DNA of 64,000 nt from the human T2T-CHM13v2.0 reference genome, Homo sapiens. The position numbers and the translations under genes are program-made. Positions 45,679 through 60,135 of the stretch are shown here, in pieces (within the stretch, counting starts at the first letter, position 1; the number at the start of each line of letters is the position of its first letter). The stretch lies in the NCBI RefSeq assembly GCF_009914755.1, contig NC_060942.1. The stretch is one strand, 5' to 3'. The notes under the pieces were generated by a model. The model was not told where the DNA came from. It did not search any database and worked only from the letters and a program-made list of their open reading frames with translations.

Positions 45679-45975
45679 GGCTGGGTGTGGTGGTGCACAC
45701 TGCTTATCTCAACACTTTGGGAGGCAGAAGTCGAAGATTTACTCAAGCCTAGGAGTTTGAGACCAGCCTGGGCAGTATAATGAGGCCTTGTTTCTACAAA
45801 GATAACAATAAAAACATTAGCATGGCATGATGGTATGCACCTGTAGTTCCAGCTATTCAGGAAGTTGAGGTGGGAAGATTGCTTGAGGTCAGGAGTTTGA
45901 GACCACAGTGAGCCATAATCAGGCCCCTGCATTCTAGCCCTGGGTTGACAGAGTGAGACCCAGTTTCATAAAAAG
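45679..45975 (+). mobile_element. AluJ
   Basis: Forward two-arm Alu; TSD-like AAAGA(A/G)ATTGAT on both sides. Confidence 0.9.
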
Positions 45976-46047
45976 AGATTGATAAGAAAGTCTTGATGCA
46001 ACTCATTATAATTTTAAAATGGAAATTAATTCTTGATATTACCTTAG

Positions 46048-46132
46048 CAGTGTGTCCCCGAGAAAGTGTCAGAGCCTTTACGTGGACCTTCCCATGGAAA
46101 AGGAAACAGAATAGTCAATGGAAAAGGAGAAG
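46048..46132 (+). pseudogene. ANKRD20A5P: ANKRD20A exon 9
   Basis: NAGNAG acceptor ttag/CAG; QCVPEKVSEPLRGPSHGKGNRIVNGKGE; G/GTGAGA. Confidence 0.83.
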
Positions 46133-46170
46133 GTGAGAACCGTATTTTATTTAAAAAGTCATTTGTTGCA

Positions 46171-46519
<349 letters not shown>

Positions 46520-48949
46520 CTAAAGAAAATGTCCTATTAGCTGTATAATAAGTAAAGGAGAAGTGAAATGGTGATAAGTTGTGTCTCTAACCAAGGGTCA
46601 GCAGTTGATTCTATTGGGAGTACCACTAAAGGAGCTGAGTTGTGAGTTCCATTTTAAGATACTCTAAGACCTAAGGCAAGTCAGGAGAGAGGGAAGAGGA
46701 AATGAATAAAAGAGAAAGAAAGATGAGGGCAGAGTGTACATGGAATAAATAAAAACACATATGCAGATGTATGTAATAGAGGGTAGTAAAGTCAAATTGA
46801 TCTGTAGAAAAAGGAAGAACAGGGTGTTAGAAATAGGAAGGAAGATAAAGTGAGCTTCCAGTACCAACATGTGTCAGAGAATTAGAGTAACATTTTCCTA
46901 CCCTTGCTGTCATCCTCACTACTGGGGAGGCATTAAGGATTGAGGTATTTTACCACACAGACCTGTGTTTTATCTACCATAGATGAACATCACCATAAAT
47001 GGTCAGCCATGTATGGCTATAATTTGGTTTTAAAGAAAATGTTGTAACCTCATAGGATACTATCATATAGGCTAAATTAACATAATTGAAAAGAATAGTG
47101 TTGGGTGATGTATGGAAAGAAATTAACTAGAGAAGGTATTACCTGATTAAAAGTTATTAAAAGCCATATTAACATTATGGCTTATAATGTAGTATTAAAT
47201 TCAGAGACATAATAGGGAAGAAATTGAGGCTAGGCCAAAAAGGGCAATTAGGGTAAACTAATATGGAATCACATAAAGTGTAGAACAGGGCATTCAGATC
47301 GTCATGAATTAGTTGAGGAGCTTCTAGAAACTGCACATTCTGATTTAGCGGGTATGGGAGTCTGCGTTTCTCATGAGTACTCAGGTGATGTTGTTGCTGG
47401 TCCTTGGACACAGCTCTGAATAGCAAGGGAATAGCCTTCCTTTAGAGAAATCTGGAAAAAGAACCACTGGAGAGCAATTTGAATAATAACAGAATCCAGG
47501 GAAAGCATTAATTTTCTTTTATTTCTGAGCATCATTCTAGCTACAGGGGAAGGAAAATGAGATGAAAAAAGAGAGATTACAGGTGTATACTACTGCTGAA
47601 TACAGATGAAAAAAGTGGTCACAAGTATCCATAAAAAGCAGTTAGGAAGGGAAGCATCAGGATGACAGATCTAAAAATCCCTTTTTCAAAGGAAGAGGGA
47701 TTGTGAAAGGACACAGAGGGAAGAAAGAAAGACATTTGCTGGGGTCTTGGGAGTTAAAGCCAAGTAAACTTGAGACAACTCACTTCCAGTTGCTTCAGCA
47801 TATGCCCAGTCTCACAAAAGAGGTTATTGCTGTGGAGAGTACTGGAGGCAGGAGGGAGTGCTAGAATTGGGGTAAACCACAGCAGCTCATTTCACTTCAT
47901 AATTGTCAGGCCTCAGAGAGAGAAGTTTCATTGACATGAGTGAATAAGATGTGATTAAGTTGCATATAGATGCTTTGGCTAATTTTTTTTGAGATAGCCA
48001 GTTCTTTGATATGATAGCTGCTTTATAAAAGTCCTTTACAGTGTAAGATGATATACCAAACTTAGTTAATTTTAGAAGCAATTGTGTTATAAAATTCATT
48101 CTGTGAATACCAAAATTCTCATTTTCAATAGATACTGCACTGATTTTGAAATATAAATGTGTATTCGTGTCTAGCAAGTCTGTGGTAATTCAGTGTTTTC
48201 TTTTTTGATAAATATTTTGATATTGGAAGCTTATTCGACATGGTTTATTTGATGTGTTTTATGGACCACCTCACACAAGTGGATCAAGGAGCTCTAACTC
48301 AAGGCCAAATGAGGGGATAGGAGAAATGTTGGTGCTGCAGTAGCCCATGTGATCATGGGAAAAATGAGTAGTTTGATTAGCTGTTATTTCATAAGTGTGT
48401 ATCCTAGCTGATCAATGTAGAACACTTTCTTTGATGAGAGGTGAATCACACATTCACCTGAACTGTCATCCCAACTGTATATTTCCTAAGTGACAAGACA
48501 AGGGGAATTTGTTTGTGCTGTGCTGGCAGCAATGCCTCTGATGTGTTGAGTTAAAATACTCTGTACATTCACCATCAGCTTGGACATCGATTCCCTCAGG
48601 TTTGATTTGCTCGTCTGTTTAGTGGTCCCTTTTCTTCTCATCAGCCCACATGTTCACGGTGATATCCATGCTTTTCTATTTTAGGTATAGGCATTTGAAA
48701 CATAATCTCACTACTGAAATGTAGGCTGTGCATTTTAGGAATCCTATATTCCTATTTTCCTCATTAGGTTTCTGTCATGTTGCTGTCCTAGGCAATGAAA
48801 AGAAGAAGCCAAGAAGAACCCTCAAAACCTTAAGTAATTATTTTTGTAGCCAGGCATGAGAATTCAGCTCGATAGTAACACTGCATGAATGTTTGGTTGG
48901 CCCTGTCATACTTACATATAATTGATGACATATCCCTTTTGCTTTGTAG

Positions 48950-48978
48950 GGCCTCCTGCAAAACATCCTTCCTTGAAG
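48950..48978 (+). pseudogene. ANKRD20A5P: ANKRD20A exon 10 (29 nt)
   Basis: gtag/GG; (G)PPAKHPSLK; AAG/GTAATT. Confidence 0.8.
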
Positions 48979-49070
48979 GTAATTAATTATGTATATTTTT
49001 TGAATCACTAACTCCACATTGTATAAAATATATATGATTTATGAATCATTTTCTTTTAAAACCCATTCAG

Positions 49071-49142
49071 CCTAGCACTGAAATGGAAGATCCTGCTGTG
49101 AAAGGAGCAGTACAAAAAAGAATGTACAGACATTGAGAGCAG
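49071..49142 (+). pseudogene. ANKRD20A5P: ANKRD20A exon 11 (72 nt, 1-nt deletion)
   Basis: tcag/CCT; PSTEMEDPAVKGAVQ, then a frameshift at 49114-49120. NVQTLRA continues in another frame; the shifted frame hits TGA at 49134-49136. Confidence 0.82.
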
Positions 49143-50644
49143 GTACCTATTCAATACAAATGGAATGCTGGAAATAAGTACATTAAATGATTGGAAGTAC
49201 TCACATTATTCTTACCCCTAATTCTGTTTGTTCAAAATTGAATGGAAGGCATTGACATAAATGTTATTGTTGGTATCCATATTTGAATAAAAATAAATTT
49301 AGAAGCATAAAAAAGATTTTAAAAATGTAAGCTTTAACTCAGATGTTTCTCTTTTAATGTTTTGAAGAGCATGAAGTTTTCAGTATAAAATTTTCATACT
49401 TGTCAGGGATTCAAAGCACTGAATTTTGAGACTCTAAGATATTTCCATTGATTTATGTGCTAGTTGGAGTTCTGATCTTTACGTAGAGGAAAGCTTTACT
49501 TATTAACGTGTCAGTTTCTGTTTTAACTTTAGAGGCTTGCTGCTAGTGTTACTACACTGATGATCTGAAGCCAATCAGACGTTCTAGTGAGCAAGACTGT
49601 GTGTGCATGTGTATGTATGGGTGTGTGTATGTGTGTGTATGTGTGTTTGTGGCATCTTTGACTATTAAAAATGAGGAAAGTAATTATTCATTTATAACTG
49701 TTAGACACAGTCTTTTAAAACGGTGATTTTGAGACTTTTTGGTGTTAAGGTTTTTAAAACATGATTGCATAGTGGCTACCAACATCATAAGTTGGTCGTT
49801 TTTCATTTCAATGCCCTTTTGAAATCTTTAACTATATTGTGATGCTCAGAAATAATATGCAGAATTTTTTGTGTCCTAAAATGGTATGTGAGTGGTTATA
49901 CACTTTACATACTATTCTGCCACTTTCTTTGGTGTATTTTGTATTATATTTTCCAGATGTATCCACATTGACATGATTATCTCTGGTTTAATTCATTTTA
50001 CACTTTTCATTGTATTCCCTTATACCACTTTACCACATTTCATTAGACTCTCCTGTTGCTGATAAATGAAGAAAGAAAGAAAAATAAAAATAATGTCAGA
50101 TTAAGAGGGCTTTTCTTTAAACAGTTTGTATCTATTAATATTTACTATATGAGAGTTTAAAGTTGAAAAGTTCAGAATACAAGCATGCACCAACCATGTT
50201 TGATAAATGTCCTTAGAACTATGACTCGTGAGCCTTTAGCCTATGAAGTTAGGACAATTCATTTCTCTGAAGAAGTTTGCTGTGCTATTCTCAGAAAAGA
50301 AAACTGAAAATAGCAAATGATATTGTCTTAGATGACCTCTTGGACATCCTTGAATGAAACTGAAACTCCAGGGATACTTGGATCAAAATTCAGAACTAAT
50401 GTTTTGAACAATATAGTTTGTGAATGTCCAGTGATCATGAGCCCTTGATGGGGAAATGACCTTTCAAGTTTCACTTTTGCATTTTTTGCTCTTTTCCTTG
50501 ACTCATCTTAAAAGCTTAAATTCAACCGTTTTATTTTTACAGAAACCAGGAATATAACTTTTAAAATATATGTCTGTCCTGTCTCACGGTGTTGTGTACT
50601 CTTCAGATCTTTTGTGAACATAGACTTATATGGGAATGATTATG

Positions 50645-50950
50645 TTTTTTGTTTGTTTGTTTGTGTTTTTGAGACAGAGTCTTGCTCTGTCACCAAAGCT
50701 GGAGTGCAGTGGCTCAGTCTTGGCTCATTACCACCTCTGCCTCTCAGGTTCAAGCAATTCTCCTGCCTCAGCCCCTTGAGTAGCCAATACTACCTGCACA
50801 TGCTACCATACCCTGCTAATTTTTCTATTTTTAGTAGAGATGGGGTTTCAGCATGTTGGCCAGGCTTCTCTCAAACTCCTGACCTCAGGTGATCTGCCCA
50901 CCTCGGCTTGCCAATGTGCTGGGATTACAGGCGGGAGCCACTGTGCCAGC
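50645..50950 (-). mobile_element. AluS
   Basis: Reverse two-arm Alu with a (TTTG)n tail. Confidence 0.9.
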
Positions 50951-52716
50951 TACAAATAAGATTTTTAAGGCTATTATATTTTATACAATTCTTTGGTCTA
51001 TGTGAATTCTGAAGGTATTCATGCATTGAGGGAAGATTATATCAGTTTAATGAAAGCAGTTTTTAATTTAATGTATATTCATTAACATTTTTTTTGAAGT
51101 TTTTGTCTCTAGTACACAGAAACACACAATAATGTCATGGGTATTTGACCTTAATGTGTTTATGCACAAACTTAGTTATTCAAATATTTTCTTATCCCTG
51201 AAGAATCTTAATTACTAATAAACAAATTTCTCATGGAAAACAACATATATAATAGAGATCGTTGAGTGATTGAAAGTAAATTATAGTAAATAACAGAAGC
51301 TTAGAACAAGTTAAGTAAACTTGTCTGAGTTAATAGCAATTACAGGACTTTTAAAATACGTTAGACCATGAGGGACTGGTGTGTTTGTGAGGTAGAGGAC
51401 AACATGGTACTGCTTCAGTGAAGAAAGAACTTTTACAACTTATTACAATTTGTATTACTGTTTACATTCTAATAAATAAAAACTTTATTTTCAGATATTT
51501 TAGATTATGTTTCTACTAGTTGAACCATCAATAGTAAGACTTTTCAAAGATTTGGGAAGTTGTGAGTTGACGATAAATATCTGTATCGCCATCCGTGATC
51601 AAAAATCAGACAGCAACTACAGACTTTGGACACGTGAACCTCATAGTTAAAGAAAGGATTAATTTTGGAGCTGTGTTTCTATCAGGGAATTATACTCTTC
51701 ATTACCTGCGTGAATCGCAGTTATTAGAGTAGAGAGAGAGCAAAGAAGGGAAAGAAGCATAGAAAATTTTATTCTAGATTACCTCGGTTGGCTTCATGCT
51801 ACCATAGTTCTGACTTTTAAAAAGTCATTTTGTGGTCCAATGTACTTTGTGTTTACTCCCCTTATGCAGCCTACCACCAAACAGAATGCTTCTTAGCAAG
51901 GCATTTGTATTCTTCCCTTAAGGAAAGCAACATATAAATAACAAAGAGAATGAGGAGAAAGAGTAATTTCATTGAGGTTGTTATTTAACATAAATTTGAG
52001 TGTGGGTACCATGATTATATTTAGAATTTTGGGACTGGATGGGAAAACCAGCTACACATCTACAGATTCCCTACTCAAACACAATGTGCCTTTGTTTTAT
52101 TTTTACATCTCTAATTTTGCAAGTATTCAGTACAACTGTATGCAGTGTCACTAAAAATACCTTCCAAAACCAAATATTAAATAATGCCTATGGCTTTCTG
52201 TTTTATAGTGTTGATTTACCCAATATTAATGGGAACCATTGAGCATTTGCCTTGTGGTGTCTCCTCAGCTGTATTCACACATTCCATCACCTTGTCTTAA
52301 TGGATAATCATGCACTGTGAGTACGGGTTTTCAGAAGAGCTGTGTCATTTAAAGATAACACAGGAGCATCAAATTTAATTCTGCTAGAACACCTGGTCTA
52401 CTGATTAACTGCAGCTAATATGGGGTCTACTTCACATACAAGTTAAATGCAGTGCCCTTAATCAGTCATATGATGAGGTCAACAGTAATAAATTATGCAA
52501 TATTTTTCCCCCACCCCTACAGTTTTAATTTCTTTTTCCCCTTATGTCTAGAATTAGCATTTTGTTTTATAAAACATGATGATAATCTTCTAGAGTAGTG
52601 ATGACAAGCTAGAAATCCAAAGTTTCTTACCTATGCAAATGTCTTGTTTGCTTCTATTTTCTCATGAGCTTGGTAGATCCAGGAAACATAACTTTTAAAA
52701 CAAAATTCCCATATGT

Positions 52717-53038
<322 letters not shown>

Positions 53039-53467
53039 CCCAAATGCATTTCCTTGGCACAGTAAAACTGAAACAGAAAAAGTGTAAAGTAAATACAAGT
53101 AACTGAGACAGTTTATTTATATTATCTTACTTCTCATTTGATAAAATTTGTAAAGTAATGAGCAGAGTGTATTTCTCCAGGGACCTGGATATATACATTT
53201 ATTCATTCAATAAAAATTCATTCTTATAATGGCCACTGATACTTGTATCCTAAACATTTCTGAAAACATCTCCTCAGGCCTGCATCATCTTTGCAACATT
53301 GCCATATTTTATCTTTGTTCATTTATTTATATGTCTCAGAATTTTATGCTCCTCACAGTATTTAGAGTTAATTATCTCTAATGTAAATAGATCCATGAAC
53401 CACTCCTGAATACCTAATGTCCAAACATCTTAAAGCTTTATATAAGGATTTCAGAAACTGACTTCTG

Positions 53468-53764
53468 GGTTGGGCACGGTGGCTCATGTCTGTGATCCCA
53501 GCACTTTGTGAGGCTGAGGCAGATGGATCATTTGAGGTCAGGAGTTCAAGACCAGCCTGGCCAACAAGGTGAAACCCCATCTCTAATAAAATACAAAAAA
53601 TAGCAGGTGGTGGTGGCACGCACCTGTAATCTCAGCTACTCGGGAGGCTGAGGCAGGAGAATTACTTGAACCCAGGAGATCGGGTTGCAGTGAGCCAAGG
53701 TCATGCCACTGTGCTCCAGTCTGGGAGACAGAGTAAGACCTTGTCCCAAAAAAAGAAAAGAAAA
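53468..53764 (+). mobile_element. AluS with TSD GAAACTGA(C/T)TTCT
   Basis: Two-arm Alu with flanking direct repeats. Confidence 0.92.
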
Positions 53765-54314
53765 GGAAACTGATTTCTGCCCAAATCTCCATCTGTAGCC
53801 CTTTCCCCATCTGCCTTTTTCTCTGGAATTACTCAGCTGCTGGTAATTGCCCCCTCACCATTCCTCTTTTGTAGAGAAACACGTACTCTCTTGGAGGCTT
53901 CTCTCCCTCTCTTGTTGCTGCCTGGCACGTGCTCACCCTTTCCTGCCCTCTGCCTCACTTAATCTGGCTAACCTCACTCTCTAAGTCTCAGCTCATGCAT
54001 GATCTTTAGGAAAGCCATCCCTGACAGCTTTTATGTTCCTTCCTTATACCCCAGTGCCTAACACCTAGCAGGAACTCAATAACTAATTATTTAGCAAAAT
54101 TAAGACTGTTTATACAAAGATGATTCAAAAGATTGTCCTCTACAGTCTAACAGCAAAGGGGATCAACATGTAAAGACATGATGTGCAGTTCAGGTGGTAA
54201 AGTGACACTAGAAAAATTGACAAAGTACTAAGGGACCGCAATGAAACAGACACCTGTGTGTGTGGAGAAAGATAGCTAGAATCAAGGAAGACTTCACACA
54301 GCATTCTGAGCCTC

Positions 54315-54610
54315 TTTGTTTTCTTTTTCTGTTGTTGGAGACAAGTTCTTACTCTATCACCCAGGGTGGAGTGCAATGGCGTGATCGAGACTCACTGCAA
54401 CCTCAAACTCCTGGGCTCGAGGGATCTTCTCACCTAAACTTCTTGAGTAGCTGGGACTACAGGCACATATCACCATACCTGCCAAATTTTTTGTAGAGTC
54501 AAGGTTATCTATGGTTCCCAGGCTGGTCTTACACTCTTGGCCTCGAGCAATTCTCCCATTTTGGCCTTCCAAAGTGCTGGGATTACAGATGTGAGCTATT
54601 ATGTCCAGCC
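54315..54610 (-). mobile_element. AluJ
   Basis: CTCACTGCAACCTCAAACTCCTGGGCTC.. and both arms. Confidence 0.88.
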
Positions 54611-55112
54611 TACTTTCTGAGTCTTAAAAGATGAATATAAATTTTTCAGAATAGCAGGGGAAAACATTTGCGATGTAAAAAATGGGGTGTACACTAATTA
54701 AGATATAAACAACAATAATTTTGCAAATTATTAGTAACTGCCAACTCAATTAGTGTCTTGTTAAAAAGATACTGTTATGTACATTGTATGTTTTGACTGT
54801 ATTTCAAAATTTTGTTTTGTTTCCAACAGTTTTGTTGATTTATGTTGGGTGGAACAATTTGTGAGTGACTCTGAGATTTTGTATGGCTGAACCTGGTGAT
54901 ATCTAGTGTCTCCCCAAGTGGTTTGTTGAAGTTTTGGATAATTAGAAGTATTTCTTAAAGAAGTAAATATTTCAGTAAACATTAAGCTTCATTTAAACCC
55001 TCAAAATATAAAATACAAAGAAATGTTATTTTCTATTTATTTTTATAAAGATTATAGTCTTTATCTAACTGTTCTTAGTTCATTTGAACTAAACCAATGA
55101 ATTTGTCAACAG

Positions 55113-55183
55113 AACAAGCCTTACCAGTGGCTTCAGAGGAAGAACAGCAAAGGCGTGAAAGAAGTGAAAAGAAGCAACCACAG
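55113..55183 (+). pseudogene. ANKRD20A5P: ANKRD20A exon 12
   Basis: acag/AA; (E)QALPVASEEEQQRRERSEKKQPQ; CAG/GTATAT. Confidence 0.85.
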
Positions 55184-56449
55184 GTATATGAAAATTTAAG
55201 TTTCTTGTTTAATATTAGGTTTTTTTTTTTTGCTTTAGTAACAAAGTGTAGTCCAAATGACATGACCTTTTAGACTATACCTTTAGAATCCAATAGGTCA
55301 TAATTTTATATTTAATTTTTAAAACATTTTAACCAGTTATGAAACTTAAGATATTCTTACTATCTCTAGTAACTATTCGTTATTCTAGTAATTCTTACTA
55401 TCTCTAGTAACTCATAGCTGTTTTTACCCTTGGAATTGAGGCAAGAATTTTTCACAATTATCTTGCTCTTTTATTTGTATAACCTTACTCATAATACAGA
55501 AGGTAACATGAAATATTGGGTCATATTACTAAGGAATAGAAATTATGAACAATTTAATAAAGATGGCCACTGAGTTAAACTAGTGTTAAAAGAGTCATCA
55601 TTGCCAGTGGTTCAAATGTTGCAGTTTTATATTGCTGGTCACCAGTGCCGAGTTTAAAGATTTATTCTCTTTCATGGTCACCAGTTGACTTCTGTGTCTG
55701 TGTTCAGGGAGTGAATGGGGTCATAAAAGTCAACCCAGTTGCCTTTTAAGAGAATCCTACCTTGCAGAATGGGACCTTTGGTATCAGGGTACAAACAATA
55801 ACTTCATTTCAATATAAATACATAGTAAATATTACTAAAATTAAAAAAATCCAAACACTGTCAGTACTGGAACTTAAAATGTATTAGAAGTGGATATGAG
55901 CAGAAACTCTATCTAGATAAATAACACTATCATAGTATATCATTTGAATTAGAATTTAAAATTTTGCTTCTCTTTCTTATTGGTGTTCAGTTTGGCTCTT
56001 AATAATTTAGTGTTTGCCTAGTCTCTAGTTAATCTTCAGAAATATACATGCACTGTAGGGGCTCACTCTTTCTGGCATGCTGAGGTAAAGTCTTTGTAAG
56101 AGAGGAAGCTTTTATAATACTACCTATCATCTTTGAATTCATTTCTGGTAGACTTTACACATAATGCATTAAGTTTAGTCCAAACAAACACTGAGAGTTC
56201 AGCTTGCCGGTTTATGTTTCTGTCGTATGTTAAGCCAAGGCAAATTATTTTTCACTTTTTAGTTACAATCCCATAATTTAAGAGTGGCAACACACAGATT
56301 AAGTTTCACAGTTAAATTTTAATTATTTTCTAATATTTCTTTGTTTATACTTGATTAAAGCTAATTTTAGAACATGCATTCTGACAGAAAAGACATCTGA
56401 GAAACAAAACAAGCAAATTTGTTTTCCATTTTGCACCTGCCAAAAAAAA

Positions 56450-57488
56450 AAAAAAGTCTCAAGAACCAGAACTGGGTAAGAATTGTGAAAAAGGGAATCT
56501 ATCTGTATATTCACGACTTTCTTTAAAATTCATTACAAACAAGTTCAAGCTGAATATTGGTAAAAGTTTTGAAAACTCCAAAATTACTGCTTGCCCTGAG
56601 GAAGAGCTTCTACATAGTAACTCTAAAGAGGGACAAAGGAAAAAGGAGTGCCCTCTAATCTGACGAATCATATCCCTGATTGTGAGGAGAAAAATGCATC
56701 TGGAGGGTCTAACTCTGTGGCAGTCCAGGCAGCACCTGAACAGAGGAATCCCATGTCAAATGTCTTTTTATTCCATTCACACTCCAGGTCCCTGAAATAC
56801 ACTTACCAGTCATCTTCTAAGCTTCATTTAAATGAAAATAAATCAGACTATAAAAATGATAACAAACCAGACACATAGCTTGTTTCTAACACAGGTGATG
56901 AAAATTTTTGTAATGATACAGAAACTGAAACATTAAGGAACCCAGTAATTGTGATTGAAATGAAAGATTATTAAGAGTTTCACATGCAAATGGCAAAAAA
57001 TATAAACCCAAATACCACTAATTGGAAATTAGACATTAGGCACTGGCCTCAGTCTAGAGATCCAGAAAGTCTTTTTGATTTGTGGTTTACCCACCTCAAA
57101 GAAATGAAGCATATGATTCAGATAGAAAGCCACAGTATTTCTGCTGCTACAGACACTTATAAAAACAGAAAACCAATACAGTGCTTACTCCAGAAGCCAC
57201 TATATGACAATCCCAGTGCTAATAACTACAAAAGCATGAATCTTGAATTATAAAATGTGGGTTTATTCTTTGCCACATAGTGAGAGAACATCAAAAATAT
57301 AGCTAGAAGACACAGCAAGATATTCCAAGGTCACCAACATGGCACATGTATACATATGTAACAAACCTGCACATTGTGCACATGTACCAGAACTTAAAGT
57401 ATAGTAATAGTAAAAAAGAATGAGGTAGCATGTTACCAGTAGAGTTCCTAGCTTTGGAGAAGGAAAGTCCAACTTCAAAAAGACAGAG
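56450..57488 (+). pseudogene. Decayed ~1-kb CCDC144/ANKRD26-family exon inside intron 12
   Basis: Frames give KSQEPELGKNCEKGNLSVY, KITACPEEELL, PSNLTNHIPDCEEKNAS..QSSSKLHLNENKSDYKNDNKP, SANNYKSMNLEL and VEFLALEKE. These are collinear with the long CCDC144A exon as I recall it. Confidence 0.75.
57332..57417 (+). mobile_element. ~85-bp L1PA extreme 3' end inserted in the fossil exon
   Basis: CACCAACATGGCACATGTATACATATGTAACAAACCTGCACATTGTGCACATGTACC..AGAACTTAAAGTAT plus an A-rich tail. Confidence 0.9.
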
Positions 57489-59251
57489 GTTCACTTGCTG
57501 CTTCTTTTTTCTCTTTATCAATTATTTGATTCAGTCAGATTTTCTATTCAAGAAAATCTCGTGTACAGTTACAGTGGGATTATCTAAATGTGTAATTATG
57601 TGTCAAAGTAGATTAGTTTTGCTATCTAAATAATGGTTCTGGAGAATGTTCTCATAATGTTTGTTCATTAATCAACCTAAGTCTCCCTATCAGTCTTCCA
57701 AGTGGCATATGAGCTGGGAAACTAATTCAGCCATATACCATGTGACCTTCTGAACCAGATCAACATAAAGAAATTGCTAAAGAAATAAGCTCTGGATTCT
57801 AGATTCTTTTTTCTGTATTCATTTAGAGATGAATTACATTTATTTAATGATAGAATGGTAATACAATGGGAGGGAAGCAATGACTGCGACAAGCCACAAA
57901 AACACGTCTAGCCTTGAGAGTTGCAATGGATATTCCCAGCCAAATGAGTCTGTTTAATGTGTTTTCATGCATGCAAGTTTATCTGCTTAGCTCAAACTGT
58001 TTGAACTTATAGTCCCATCATGGTTATTTCCAATATTTTGAAAACAAATATATACTTCCACATATTTTAAAAAATCACCACTCTCCAATATTTCTGTTGA
58101 ATCAGACCTTACATTATGTTGTTTAATAAAGTATGGTAAGTTTTGGCATGTATGATTTTTATCATGTAAGAAGCATAATTTCTTAGCCAAAAATTTAGCC
58201 TTTGACTCTTTAGTAGAAAATTGAGTTCTGTACATTGTGTTCTAAAGATAGACAAAATTCTAGAGATTTTCTTCTTTCAAAGTAAAAGCAGATGAGGCCT
58301 TTTTCCACCCTCTGAGGCATTAAATTGCTTTGCTTAAGTTAGACTTTTAATATATCTGACTAATTTGATAAATTTATCTGGTAATTTATGTAATTCAGAA
58401 ATATGGAATTGTATCATGTTATTTGGTGCCATGAAATGCTAGGGAATGCCACCTCAAGAGCTCTGGATGAAACATTTAATATGTCTTGGTTGGTTTGACT
58501 CCCATTATCAGTAGATGATGGGGCTAAAGTAGGTAACTGTACCATATGTTTTGCACCTATAAACTTTTGTGGTAATAGAATGTGAAATCTGGGAAGCATC
58601 TCATTTTCCAGAATTCTGCACTAGAAACTCAGCAGTTTCACTCTGCTTCTTGTGTTGTGGCAAACTTTGGTTCCCATAGTTCAGGGAGAACCTTTACTTT
58701 TTTGATATCCCAGGATTCAAAAAAAAAAAAAAAAAAGAGAGATAAAAGGCACTGGGGAAAAGAATAGCTTAGTGCAGAAAAGGGAAAACTTCTTTACTGT
58801 TCCTGAAGCCCTACAAAGTCACATCCTCTTAATCTGGCTATTTCATGTAAAATCCAGGTGGTAAAGACAGAAGACATATGTTATGCCTGTGTCTTTTTAT
58901 TTCTCTGTTTCTGCCAGTCAGATAACATAAACATTTATGTCAGATAGCAAAGAGTGGATGGGAATAAAAGCACAAAATGGAGAAGCGGCCTTTTTAAAAT
59001 TTTCCATTTTTTTAATTTTAAAATTCTTCCATTCACTCAAACAGAAATGAGCAGACTTGACAAAAATTTCAATGATAAAATGATGAGTACCTTATAATTA
59101 TAATAATTATGTATAATGATAAAATTAAAGTAAGCACAAAATACTTTTATCATTAAAATGGTGATAGTTAACCTGAATCAAGTGAAAAAATCAGGGAAAA
59201 TGTTCTTTTTATTGAATAAAATAATTATTATTCATATTACTTTTATTAAAG

Positions 59252-59415
59252 GTCATAGAAGGAAATAATACATACAAAAGTGAAAAAATACAACTATCAG
59301 AAAATATATGTCATAGTACATTTTCTGCTGCTGCTGACAGATTAACCCAACAAAGAAAGATTGGGAAAACATATCCTCAGCAATTTCCCAAGAAACTGAA
59401 GGAAGAGCATGATAG
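59252..59415 (+). pseudogene. ANKRD20A5P: ANKRD20A exon 13
   Basis: aaag/GTC; VIEGNNTYKSEKIQLSENICHSTFSAAADRLTQQRKIGKTYPQQFPKKLKEEHD; AG/GTAAGT. Confidence 0.87.
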
Positions 59416-59436
59416 GTAAGTAAGCCTATAGCAGTG

Positions 59437-59761
<325 letters not shown>

Positions 59762-59961
59762 ACGTATAGCAATATTTCATAGGAGATAATTGTCGTTGTG
59801 CTATAAACTAATTCAAAATTGGACTAATATTCCTTAGGATTAACAAGTTTTATATTTTTACCAGGGATATTTAGCCCTGCCTGGTAATCAGAAAAATGTA
59901 AATTAACATAAAATAAGATATATTTTGTAAAGTCATGCTGATATTTAAACAGTAATTACTC

Positions 59962-60135
59962 GTGTTGGCAAATGTGAGGAAAAAGGCATTCTCATACACT
60001 GTTGGTATATGAAATTAGTAAATTAGTTCTGAAGGGTAACTTAGTGCTGTGTATCAAAATTTCAAATAACCTGACATCCCTTTAACTCAACAACTCCACT
60101 TCTGGGACTAGATTTCCCAGGAAAACATAACTTGT
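59962..60135 (+). mobile_element. Ancient L1 (L1ME-like) fragment
   Basis: TGTTGGCAAATGTGAGGAAAAAGGCATTCTCATACACTGTTGGT..CAACTCCACTTCTGGGA. Confidence 0.6.
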
